This document shows, piece by piece, positions 1 to 7,028 of a DNA stretch of 30,097 nt. A program made the translations under genes and the position numbers. A model generated the notes under the pieces. It ran no database searches. It had not been told where the DNA came from and saw only the letters and a program-made list of their open reading frames with translations. Origin of the DNA: an uncultured Candidatus Rokubacteria bacterium (GTDB lineage: Bacteria > Methylomirabilota > Methylomirabilia > Rokubacteriales > DASRDR01); contig CAWDVE010000026.1 of the NCBI GenBank assembly GCA_963805625.1, forward strand, positions 1 through 30,097. The letters are read 5' to 3'. Positions within the stretch are counted from its first letter, which is position 1. Each line of letters opens with the position of its first letter.

Positions 1-2
1 CT

Positions 3-125
3 GGGACCCAGACCCGCATCCAGGCGCTCGGCACGGGATTCGATGCATTCGTGACCAAGCCGGTTGACCCCGGCGAGCTGGCCGCCGTCGTGGCGAACCT
101 CGCGCATCGGAGCCAATCTGGGTGA
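3..125 (+). CDS. C-terminal end of a receiver (REC) domain protein, probably a hybrid kinase or response regulator; truncated by the window edge
   Basis: Frame from 3 reads GTQTRIQALGTGFDAFVTKPVDPGELAAVVANLAHRSQSG*, which carries the REC 'GFDxxxxKPVDP' end motif. Confidence 0.8.
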   Translation, partial: GTQTRIQALGTGFDAFVTKPVDPGELAAVVANLAHRSQSG

Positions 126-482
126 CATGGTCCCGTGCGACAAGTGAACCCGATGGAGCCGCCGGTCGAACCTGACGACGCCGGGGAGCGCCCGCCTTGT
201 TGGCCGTCGATGTCTCGGAGCAGTGCGAGGACCAGCTTCCTCGTCGTCTCGTTCAGGACCGAGCACGGGGTCGCCGTCGGTCCTGATGGTGCTCGCTTGA
301 CATTCACGCCCCGCGCCAGCGCCCCGTCACGGTAGCTTGCAGGCAGGACGAGATGGAGTAGCAGTGGACGGGTGGGACGATCGAAGCCTCAGAGCCCGAA
401 GCTCCGCGCTCGACTCGGGGGCCTCGTGCGTCCTGGCTCTGGTCGTCGGGCGCCGATGTTCTCTCCGATTGGAGGCCCCACA

Positions 483-965
483 ATGCTGAGAAAGCAGATC
501 ATTCCAAGGCATTCCAGCGCATCAGCATCCTTGGAAGGCGAAATCTCGGTTGCTGACGTCGCCACGGTGCAGGTGACAGCCGAACAGGCTGATCATCCCA
601 TCGACAATGCCTTCGATCACAATCGAGGACCTGGAGGCAGTCGCTGGATCGCCGACGGTCCCGGCAAGCAGACGCTGATCCTGCTCTTCGACAGCCCACA
701 GACGATCCGACAGATCGCCGTGGAGGTCGAGGAGCTTGATGTGAGCCGAACGCAAGAGTTGTCCGTGTCCGTCTCCTCGAATGGAGGGCAGACATATCGT
801 GAGCTCCTGCGGCAGGAGTTCACCTTTAGCCCGCCCGGCACGAGCTTTGAGCGGGAGCTCTGGTCCATCTTGGCGGAGGGAGTGACGCATCTGCGGCTGG
901 AGATCAAGCCCGACAAGGGAGGTCGCGTAGGGCGGGCAACCCTGACTTCCTTGGCCCTGGCCTGA
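483..965 (+). CDS. Galactose-binding/discoidin (F5/8 type C, APC10/DOC-like) fold carbohydrate-binding-like protein
   Basis: ATG 483 follows GGAGG; motifs 'HPIDNAFD...SRWIA', 'SVSSNGGQTY', 'THLRLEIKPD'; shorter than track ORF 372..965. Confidence 0.65.
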   Translation: MLRKQIIPRHSSASASLEGEISVADVATVQVTAEQADHPIDNAFDHNRGPGGSRWIADGPGKQTLILLFDSPQTIRQIAVEVEELDVSRTQELSVSVSSNGGQTYRELLRQEFTFSPPGTSFERELWSILAEGVTHLRLEIKPDKGGRVGRATLTSLALA

Positions 966-1015
966 AGCTCCCGTCTGCGTCCCGGGACTGTTATCGCTCC
1001 GGCTCTTCAGCCTTT

Positions 1016-1047
1016 CGTCGCAATGTCGCGCCGGCGACAACCTGACG
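1016..1047. promoter_or_regulatory. Putative sigma54-activator enhancer (UAS), core TGTCG-N6-CGACA at 1024-1039
   Basis: CGTCG caa TGTCG cgccgg CGACA acc TGACG; 82 nt upstream of the -24/-12 motif at 1122. Confidence 0.75.
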
Positions 1048-1121
1048 CGAGAATCTTGCGCTCCGCGCCGAAGAGTGGAACGTTCGGTCGGTCTTTCCGC
1101 CTCTCCGCGAGCGACGCCCGG

Positions 1122-1136
1122 CGGCATGGAACTTGC
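1122..1136 (+). promoter_or_regulatory. Sigma54 (-24/-12) promoter
   Basis: CGGCATGGAACTTGC = GG-N10-GC, matching consensus TGGCACG-N4-TTGC; precedes RBS and ATG 1174. Confidence 0.75.
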
Positions 1137-1173
1137 CCGTCATTCGTCTCAAGCACTGGCAAGGGAGGTTTCA

Positions 1174-1392
1174 ATGACGAAGACTGACATCGGATGGACG
1201 ACCCCACTCGCGGGCCTCGTGCTCGCCTCGACACTCCTCGCGGCGTGCGGCACGGTGGGTGGCGCCGCAGTGGGCGCGGGTTCCGGCGCGGCGATAGGAG
1301 CCGGGACCGGTTATGGCGCCGGCAAGGGCGCGCTCATCGGCACGGGCGTCGGCGCGGCCGCGGGGGCAATCTACGACATCATGAAGAAGTGA
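1174..1392 (+). CDS. Glycine-zipper small lipoprotein
   Basis: RBS AGGGAGG; lipobox LAAC; repeated GxxxG zipper GAAVGAGSGAAIGA...GTGVGAAAGAI. Confidence 0.85.
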   Translation: MTKTDIGWTTPLAGLVLASTLLAACGTVGGAAVGAGSGAAIGAGTGYGAGKGALIGTGVGAAAGAIYDIMKK

Positions 1393-1398
1393 GGGGGC

Positions 1399-1671
1399 GT
1401 GATGAAGATCTGGACACGGTTCAGCATGACCATCGCCGCCCCGATCCTGCTGTGGAGTGGGATGGCCCTCGGGCAGTCTGCGAACCCTCCGGCGCACCAG
1501 GGCGCGACCCCCCGGACGGTGGAGGGTCACATCGTCAAGATCGACCGGACCCAGGGACGGGTGACGATCCGAGCCGCCGACGGCACGATGCATGAGTTCC
1601 AGGCCTCGAAGGAGACCCTCCAGGATCTGAAGGAGGGCGATCCCATCGAGGCCCGGCTCCGCCAGCCGTAG
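1399..1671 (+). CDS. Small secreted OB-fold-like protein (DUF1344/CusF-like)
   Basis: Signal peptide; 'VEGHIVKID...VTI...LKEGDPIEA' pattern; start is GTG 1399 or ATG 1402. Confidence 0.7.
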   Translation: MMKIWTRFSMTIAAPILLWSGMALGQSANPPAHQGATPRTVEGHIVKIDRTQGRVTIRAADGTMHEFQASKETLQDLKEGDPIEARLRQP

Positions 1672-1695
1672 CGGCTGGCTGGACCCAGCCAGCCG
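1672..1695. terminator. GC-rich hairpin directly after the stop codon
   Basis: cggctggctgg-ac-ccagccagccg inverted repeat; no clear U-tract. Confidence 0.5.
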
Positions 1696-1784
1696 GTTGC
1701 CGGTCGACAGGCGCAGGCGATCGGGGGACGGGGCGCGGCCTTCGACACTTGAGAGCCACGCCCCGTCCTCCTGGGAAAATAGCA

Positions 1785-2396
1785 ATGTTCTCACTACTCA
1801 TCGATGGTTGGTTTCGGGAGCATCTCTATGCCGTCGTGTTCCTGGGCGCCATCGTCGGTGCGGTCGGGATCCCCTTTCCCGGTCGGCTCATGCTGATAGC
1901 GGTGGGATCCATCTCCAACCCCGTTTCGGGCACGGGCGCCAGCGCGTGGGTCCTGATCGGGCTTGCGACGCTCGGCACCGTGGCCGGCGACCACGCCTGG
2001 TACTTGGTCGGACGGCTGAAGGGTCGACGGCTGTTCGAGCTCTACTGTCGTGTCTTCCGTCTCACGACCTCGCGGATGGACGCGGCGGACCGCTTCCTGC
2101 GGCGCTTCGGCGGCGTGGCGTTGCTGTTCGCCAGAGTGGCCGTGACGCTTCGAGTGCTGGTGGCGCCGCTCGCACTATCGCGCGGCATGTCGTATGTGCG
2201 CTTCGTAGCGTTCGACCTCCTGGGCGCTCTCCTGTGGGTCACGGGGTTCGTGTGGCTCGGCCGGACTGTTGGGACCCTGACGTCAGGGAGTGAACTCGTC
2301 GGGACCCTCACGATTGTCGGCATTCTGGGGGCCGCCAGCGCCGTCATCAGCGTACTCGCCCGCCGCCGTTTCGCCGGCCGCGTCAGCGTGTCGTGA
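1785..2396 (+). CDS. DedA/VTT family membrane protein
   Basis: 'GIPFPG', 'GTVAGDHAWYLVGR', 'RFGGVALLFAR', 'MSYVRFVAFDLLGALLW'; ATG 1785. Confidence 0.85.
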   Translation: MFSLLIDGWFREHLYAVVFLGAIVGAVGIPFPGRLMLIAVGSISNPVSGTGASAWVLIGLATLGTVAGDHAWYLVGRLKGRRLFELYCRVFRLTTSRMDAADRFLRRFGGVALLFARVAVTLRVLVAPLALSRGMSYVRFVAFDLLGALLWVTGFVWLGRTVGTLTSGSELVGTLTIVGILGAASAVISVLARRRFAGRVSVS

Positions 2397-2668
2397 CCGC
2401 CACGGATCAATACCGAAGACTCGTTCCAATCGGCTGTGCCCCGTGGCCACTCTGAATGGGATTGTGAGCGCCGCCGCCCAGCGGAGGTGCCTCGGACACA
2501 CGAGTGAGGAGAGTGAAGAGAAAGGGACGGGAAGCGGGCCCGACCGCCCGCTCCCCGCAGTGTGGCTAGGAAATCTCCTTCATCGGCTGACCGCAGCAGT
2601 TGCCCGGTCTGTCCGACAGATGTCCGCACTTCTCACAGCGATATTGATGCGCCACGAGTTTCACCTCC

Positions 2669-2986
2669 TCAGTTGACCTGGATCGCGGTCACCATCTTCT
2701 GACCGCCCTTCTCCTCGATGCTCGCCTTCACCGTCGCGCCGGCCTTCAGCGCGGCAGGGTTGACGTTGACGGAACCCGGGATCATCAATCGGGTGCCGTC
2801 CTCGAGGAGAACCGTTGTGCCGGCCGGATCCACGCTCTTGATCTTCCCGCTGACCTCGGTCTTCGCGATCGGCGCGACCTTCGAGGCCGGCACCGGAGCC
2901 TGTCCGGTCTGAGCCCCGACGAGCGAAGCGAACACGAGCACGAACACGAGCCAGATGCCAATCGCCGCGACGAGGCTCTCCTTCAT
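2669..2986 (-). CDS. Secreted DUF1344-like OB-fold protein
   Basis: RBS GGAGGG; signal peptide; 'VSGKIKSVD...VLLEDGT...LKAGATVKASIEEKGGQKMVTAIQV'. Confidence 0.75.
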   Translation of the reverse strand: MKESLVAAIGIWLVFVLVFASLVGAQTGQAPVPASKVAPIAKTEVSGKIKSVDPAGTTVLLEDGTRLMIPGSVNVNPAALKAGATVKASIEEKGGQKMVTAIQVN

Positions 2987-3005
2987 GGCACGCCCTCCGC
3001 CGTCG

Positions 3006-3176
3006 TCAGACTGCGGGCGGCAATCGCCGCGTCCTGGCCATGTGGAGCACGAGCAGCACCACCCCCACCAGGAACAGCACCCACGCGATCTGTGAGGCCA
3101 CGGCCGCGACTCCGTAGAGCCCAAGGAGCCCGGCCACGAGTCCCACGATCAGGAACGTCAGCGCCAACGACATCAT
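3006..3176 (-). CDS. DUF1328 (UPF0391, YtjA-like) small membrane protein; absent from the ORF track
   Basis: MMSLALTFLIVGLVAGLLGLYGVAAVASQIAWVLFLVGVVLLVLHMARTRRLPPAV* (56 aa); RBS GGGAGGG. Confidence 0.85.
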   Translation of the reverse strand: MMSLALTFLIVGLVAGLLGLYGVAAVASQIAWVLFLVGVVLLVLHMARTRRLPPAV

Positions 3177-3221
3177 CGCCATTCCCTCCCTTTACCGGTC
3201 GGCACCAGTCGGTAGTCGCCC

Positions 3222-3250
3222 CGGGCGCCGCCCCGCAGGGCGGGCGTCCG
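3222..3250. terminator. Hairpin between the lipoprotein and DUF1328 genes
   Basis: cgggcgccgccc-cgca-gggcgggcgtccg imperfect inverted repeat. Confidence 0.35.
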
Positions 3251-3261
3251 ATCAGGCTCCG

Positions 3262-3456
3262 CTACTTCTTGAGCTCTTCCACCGCCTTGTCGATCCGTTC
3301 TCCGGCCTTCTCGACGGGCCCCTTGCCGCTCAGCCGGTCCAGGGCCCGGTCGATCTTCGAGCCCGCCTTCTGTGCCGGGCCCTGATCGCACCCCGTGAGC
3401 ACGGTGCCCATGAGCAATGCGATCCCGATCAGGCTTCCCATCTCAATTCGCCGCAT
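3262..3456 (-). CDS. Small lipoprotein with a duplicated GPxxKAGxxID motif
   Basis: RBS GGGGAGGG; lipobox LTGC; GPAQKAGSKIDRA / GPVEKAGERIDKA. Confidence 0.8.
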   Translation of the reverse strand: MRRIEMGSLIGIALLMGTVLTGCDQGPAQKAGSKIDRALDRLSGKGPVEKAGERIDKAVEELKK

Positions 3457-3491
3457 CGGTTCCCTCCCCGAGAACAGCGGTCGCGGCACGC

Positions 3492-3566
3492 CTACATCAC
3501 GCCCATGAGCCACAGGATGACGATCAGACTGAGCGGCACTCCCAGAAGCCATAGGATCAACGGCAT
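3492..3566 (-). CDS. 24-aa hydrophobic micro-protein
   Basis: MPLILWLLGVPLSLIVILWLMGVM*; RBS AGAGGGGGG; first gene after the sigma54 motif; paralog at 15954-16031. Confidence 0.7.
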   Translation of the reverse strand: MPLILWLLGVPLSLIVILWLMGVM

Positions 3567-3641
3567 TGCTGTCGCCCCCCTCTGCTGTTTTTCGTCGGTC
3601 GGCCACGAGCACTGGCGCGGCCCCTCTGTGTACTTGTCAGG

Positions 3642-3656
3642 GCAAGTCGCGTGCCG
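3642..3656 (-). promoter_or_regulatory. Sigma54 promoter
   Basis: Minus strand CGGCACGCGACTTGC. Confidence 0.8.
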
Positions 3657-3733
3657 AGCCAGTTCGCCACCGAGATCGGGCGTCCGGCGGCCGGAAACGG
3701 ACCGGATTCCAACGACCGGAGAGGACCACCCTC

Positions 3734-3765
3734 CGTCACGGTGTCGCCGCGGCGACACCGTGACG
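3734..3765. promoter_or_regulatory. UAS; perfect 32-bp palindrome (core 3742-3757)
   Basis: CGTCA cgg TGTCG ccgcgg CGACA ccg TGACG; 85 nt upstream of the promoter at 3642-3656. Confidence 0.8.
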
Positions 3766-3791
3766 AGTCGAGGGAATACCGTGACGGATGC

Positions 3792-4000
3792 TCAGGCTGC
3801 GGGCCGGACGGCGCGCTCTTCCTGGAGCCGGGTCTCGACGATGGACCAGTCGATGTTCCGGAAGAACGCCTCAATGTACTGGTCGCGCTCGGTCGCCTTG
3901 TAATCCCGCATGAAGGCGTGCTCCCAGACGTCCATGACCAGGAGTGGCTTGAACCCCGCGGGCACGCCGTCCTGGTGGCGCGTGATCCAGTGATTCGAGG
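3792..4000 (-). pseudogene. Fe/Mn superoxide dismutase C-terminal remnant
   Basis: SNHWITRHQDGVPAGFKPLLVMDVWEHAFMRDY...YIEAFFRNIDW carries the DVWEHA signature; no N-terminal half or start codon. Confidence 0.8.
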
Positions 4001-4026
4001 GTGATGACCGATGGAAGGGAACGGGA

Positions 4027-4064
4027 CAGGGCCCGGGACGCCTCGCGGCGTAGCCCGGGCCCTG
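4027..4064. terminator. Hairpin downstream of the PRC-BON gene
   Basis: cagggcccggg...cccgggccctg with an inner acgcc/ggcgt stem. Confidence 0.5.
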
Positions 4065-4099
4065 CCGGGACCGCGGGAGAGGCCTCGTGGCGCCGGGCT

Positions 4100-4804
4100 T
4101 TAGCCGCCCTGCACCTTGAGGTTGTTCACCACGCGGCGCACGCCGTCGACCTGCCGGGCGAGCTCCGTCGCGCGCTGTCGCGTCTTGTCGTTGTCGACGG
4201 TCCCGTTGAGCTGCACGATGCCGTTGGTCGTGTCGACGTCGACCTTCAGCAGCGTGACGGGCGAAGTCCCCGCGAGCTTCGTCTTCACCGCAGCGGTGAT
4301 GGACGCGTCGCTCCAGGCCTTGCGGACGTCGCGACCCCACTCCCGGTCATTGGGATCGGGGTACTTGTCCGCCGTGAAGCTCGGCGACCGCTCGAGGGTC
4401 TCCTTCTTCACGTCGACGTAGACGGTCCGCTTCTCGCGATCGACGATGACCGCGTCCCACGGCACCGCGAAGAGCTTGTCGCCGATGCCCATGAAGCCGC
4501 CGAACGAGACGACGGCGTATCCGACGTGGCCACGGTGGTCGAGGAGCAGATCCTCGATCTTCCCGGCATCCTTGCCAGTTAGGTCCTTGACGCCGCTTCC
4601 GACAACCGAGCTGGCGCGGTACAGCCCCGCGTGCTCGGCAAAGCGCTTCGTGTCATTGATCTGCTCGGCGTTCTTCGCGGGCTGTCCCGTGGCGGCGACC
4701 TTGGGCGCCGACTGCTTGGGCGACGACTGGGCATTGACGTGCGTCGCCCCGAACGTGCCCGCGAGGGCCACGGCACTGATGAAGGCACAGATTCGACTCT
4801 TCAT
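4100..4804 (-). CDS. Secreted PRC-barrel + BON domain protein (OsmY-like)
   Basis: Signal peptide; PRC 'GKIEDLLLD...YAVVSFGGFMGIGDKLFAVPW'; BON 'DASITAAVKTKL...VDVDTTNGIVQLNG...VDGVRRVVNNLKV'; RBS AGGAGG. Confidence 0.9.
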   Translation of the reverse strand: MKSRICAFISAVALAGTFGATHVNAQSSPKQSAPKVAATGQPAKNAEQINDTKRFAEHAGLYRASSVVGSGVKDLTGKDAGKIEDLLLDHRGHVGYAVVSFGGFMGIGDKLFAVPWDAVIVDREKRTVYVDVKKETLERSPSFTADKYPDPNDREWGRDVRKAWSDASITAAVKTKLAGTSPVTLLKVDVDTTNGIVQLNGTVDNDKTRQRATELARQVDGVRRVVNNLKVQGG

Positions 4805-4862
4805 GCTTCACCCTCCTGGGTGCTTCACGGTGTAGTTGCGTAAACTCTGCGAGTCAGAAGGA

Positions 4863-4877
4863 GCAATCAAGATGCCA
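4863..4877 (-). promoter_or_regulatory. Sigma54 promoter for the PRC-BON gene
   Basis: Minus strand TGGCATCTTGATTGC. Confidence 0.8.
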
Positions 4878-4986
4878 GTCGCTCATGTCTCCCGTTCGGC
4901 TGACCGCGTCGGTGCCGCGCCCACCATCACCGAGGGATGTGCGCCAAGCGCTCGGCACATCGCGGTGCGCCCATTCGCCGCCTGCG

Positions 4987-5018
4987 CGCCACGCTGTCGT
5001 GGCGACGACACCATGGCG
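4987..5018. promoter_or_regulatory. UAS shared by divergent sigma54 promoters (core 4995-5010)
   Basis: CGCCA cgc TGTCG tggcga CGACA cca TGGCG. Confidence 0.75.
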
Positions 5019-5117
5019 CCCCCTCGGTTCGGCATTGGCGCGACGCTCTAGAGCGCCGTCGACACAAATGCGGAAGAGTGTTTCGCGTGCCGGTCGTCTG
5101 ACCACGGTCCGGTGGTC

Positions 5118-5132
5118 TGGTACGGAAGTTGC
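5118..5132 (+). promoter_or_regulatory. Sigma54 promoter for the treZ operon
   Basis: TGGTACGGAAGTTGC. Confidence 0.7.
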
Positions 5133-5147
5133 CCTCAAGGACCATCC

Positions 5148-7028
5148 GTGCGAATCCGAAGCAGCTCGCCTCCGACATGGCGGCGTCTGCCGATTGGAGC
5201 AGAGCTCGCCCCTAAGGGAGGCGTGCACTTTCGCGTCTGGGCCCCAGGGGCCGCGCAGGTCGAGGTCGAGCTGGACGACCGGCGGGTTCGTCTCGACGCG
5301 GAGCCCCACGGGTACCACTCCGGCCTCGTTCCCGCAGTCGAAGCCGGCATGAGTTACGCGTACCGGCTAGACGGGGGCTCGGCCTGCCCCGATCCGGCGT
5401 CCCGGTTCCAGCCTGCCGGACCCCACGGGCCGTCCGAGGTCGTCGATGCGGCCGCCTTTTCCTGGACCGATGACCGGTGGCCGGGCGTCACCCGCGAGGG
5501 CCAGGTCCTGTACGAGATGCACATCGGGACATTCACGAGCGCCGGCACGTGGGACGCGGCCAGCCGCGAGCTACCGGAGCTGGCGCGGGCGGGCATCACG
5601 GTGGTGGAGGTACTGCCGGTCGCCGACTTCGTGGGCGACTTCGGTTGGGGCTACGACGGCGTCAACTTCTTCGCCCCGACGCGGCTCTACGGCCGGCCCG
5701 ACGACTTCCGCGCCTTCGTGGATCGGGCCCACGCGGCCGGTCTGGGCGTGATCCTGGATGTCGTGTACAACCACTTCGGCCCGGACGGCAACTACCTCGG
5801 CCAGTTCGCTCCCCACTATCTCAGCCCGCGTCACCGGACGGACTGGGGCACGGCGATCAACTTCGACGGAGGGGGCTCCGAACCGGTCCGCGAGTTCTTC
5901 GTCTCGAACGCCGGCTACTGGATCGACGAGTTTCACCTGGACGGGCTCCGGCTGGATGCCACGCAGGACATCCACGACGATTCCCCGGAGCACGTGTTGA
6001 CGGCGATCGCGCGCCGGGCGCGGGAGAGCGCCGGCCGCCGATCGGTGTTCCTCGTCGCCGAGAACGAGCCGCAGGACGTGAGGCTCGTCCGCGCGGTGGC
6101 GGCCGGTGGCCACGACCTCGACGCCCTGTGGAACGACGACTTCCACCACTCCGCCACCGTCGCCCTCACCGGGCGGGCGGAGGCGTACTTCAGCGACCAC
6201 GCCGGGACGCCTCAGGAGCTGATCTCGGCCGTCAAGCGGGGGTATCTCTACCAGGGCCAGCGATACGCATGGCAGGGGAAGCCGCGTGGCACACCCGCGT
6301 GGGACGTGGGGCCGACGTCCTTCATCAACTTCCTCCAGAACCACGACCAGGTCGCCAACTCGCAGGCAGGGCTCCGCTGCCATCGGCTAACCAGCCCCGG
6401 CCGATACCGCGCCATGACCGCGCTGCTCTTGCTGGGCCCGGCGACCCCGATGCTGTTCCAGGGTCAGGAGTTCGCCGCCTCGAGCCCCTTCCTCTACTTC
6501 GCCGATCTCCCGCCCGAGCTGGCAAAGGTGGCGCGGGTGGGCCGCGCGGAGTTCCTGGCCCAGTTTCCGAGCCTGGCCGGGGCCGAGGCGCAGGCAGCGC
6601 TACCAGACCCGGCCGATCGCCTCACCTTCGAGCGCTCGAAGCTCGACCTCGGCGAGCGCGAGCGGAACGGCGCAGCCTATGCTCTCCACGTCGACCTCCT
6701 CCGATTGCGGCGGGAGGACCCGGTGTTCCGCACACAGGGCAGCGGCGGCGTGGACGGCGCCGTCCTCGGACCCGAGGCGCTCGTCCTCCGGTTCTTCGGT
6801 GTGGGCCTCGATCCCGACGATCGGCTGCTCTGCCTCAACCTGGGTCGCGATCTCGCCCTCCCGGCGGTCGCCGAGCCCCTGCTCGCGCCGCCCGAGGGCA
6901 TGCGCTGGAGCCTCCTCTGGTCCAGCGAGGCCATCCGCTACGGCGGCGCCGGCACGCCCGAGGCCGATCCCGCCGACAGCTGGGTCCTGCCGGGCCACAC
7001 CGCTCTCGTCTTCGGCTCCTCGCGATGA
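5148..7028 (+). CDS. treZ: Malto-oligosyltrehalose trehalohydrolase (GH13)
   Basis: 'FRVWAP', 'DPASRFQPAGPHGPS', 'YEMHIGTFT', 'WGYDGV', 'DVVYNHFGPDGNY', 'DGLRLDA', 'QNHDQVAN', 'PMLFQGQE'; start uncertain, GTG 5148 preferred because 5112 lies upstream of the promoter. Confidence 0.92.
   Translation: MRIRSSSPPTWRRLPIGAELAPKGGVHFRVWAPGAAQVEVELDDRRVRLDAEPHGYHSGLVPAVEAGMSYAYRLDGGSACPDPASRFQPAGPHGPSEVVDAAAFSWTDDRWPGVTREGQVLYEMHIGTFTSAGTWDAASRELPELARAGITVVEVLPVADFVGDFGWGYDGVNFFAPTRLYGRPDDFRAFVDRAHAAGLGVILDVVYNHFGPDGNYLGQFAPHYLSPRHRTDWGTAINFDGGGSEPVREFFVSNAGYWIDEFHLDGLRLDATQDIHDDSPEHVLTAIARRARESAGRRSVFLVAENEPQDVRLVRAVAAGGHDLDALWNDDFHHSATVALTGRAEAYFSDHAGTPQELISAVKRGYLYQGQRYAWQGKPRGTPAWDVGPTSFINFLQNHDQVANSQAGLRCHRLTSPGRYRAMTALLLLGPATPMLFQGQEFAASSPFLYFADLPPELAKVARVGRAEFLAQFPSLAGAEAQAALPDPADRLTFERSKLDLGERERNGAAYALHVDLLRLRREDPVFRTQGSGGVDGAVLGPEALVLRFFGVGLDPDDRLLCLNLGRDLALPAVAEPLLAPPEGMRWSLLWSSEAIRYGGAGTPEADPADSWVLPGHTALVFGSSR

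Noticed and set aside
135-335. 66-aa ORF
   Set aside because: No RBS or recognisable motif; cannot be distinguished from a chance ORF
2600-2630. tgtccgacagatgtccg as another UAS
   Set aside because: Half-site spacing is wrong and there is no correctly spaced GG-N10-GC or downstream gene; it lies between convergent genes
5477-7024. N-terminal ~516 aa of the 1210-aa track ORF, suggesting a giant fusion protein
   Set aside because: Arg/Gly/Pro-rich off-frame shadow of treZ; the real debranching enzyme starts at ATG 7025, overlapping the treZ stop
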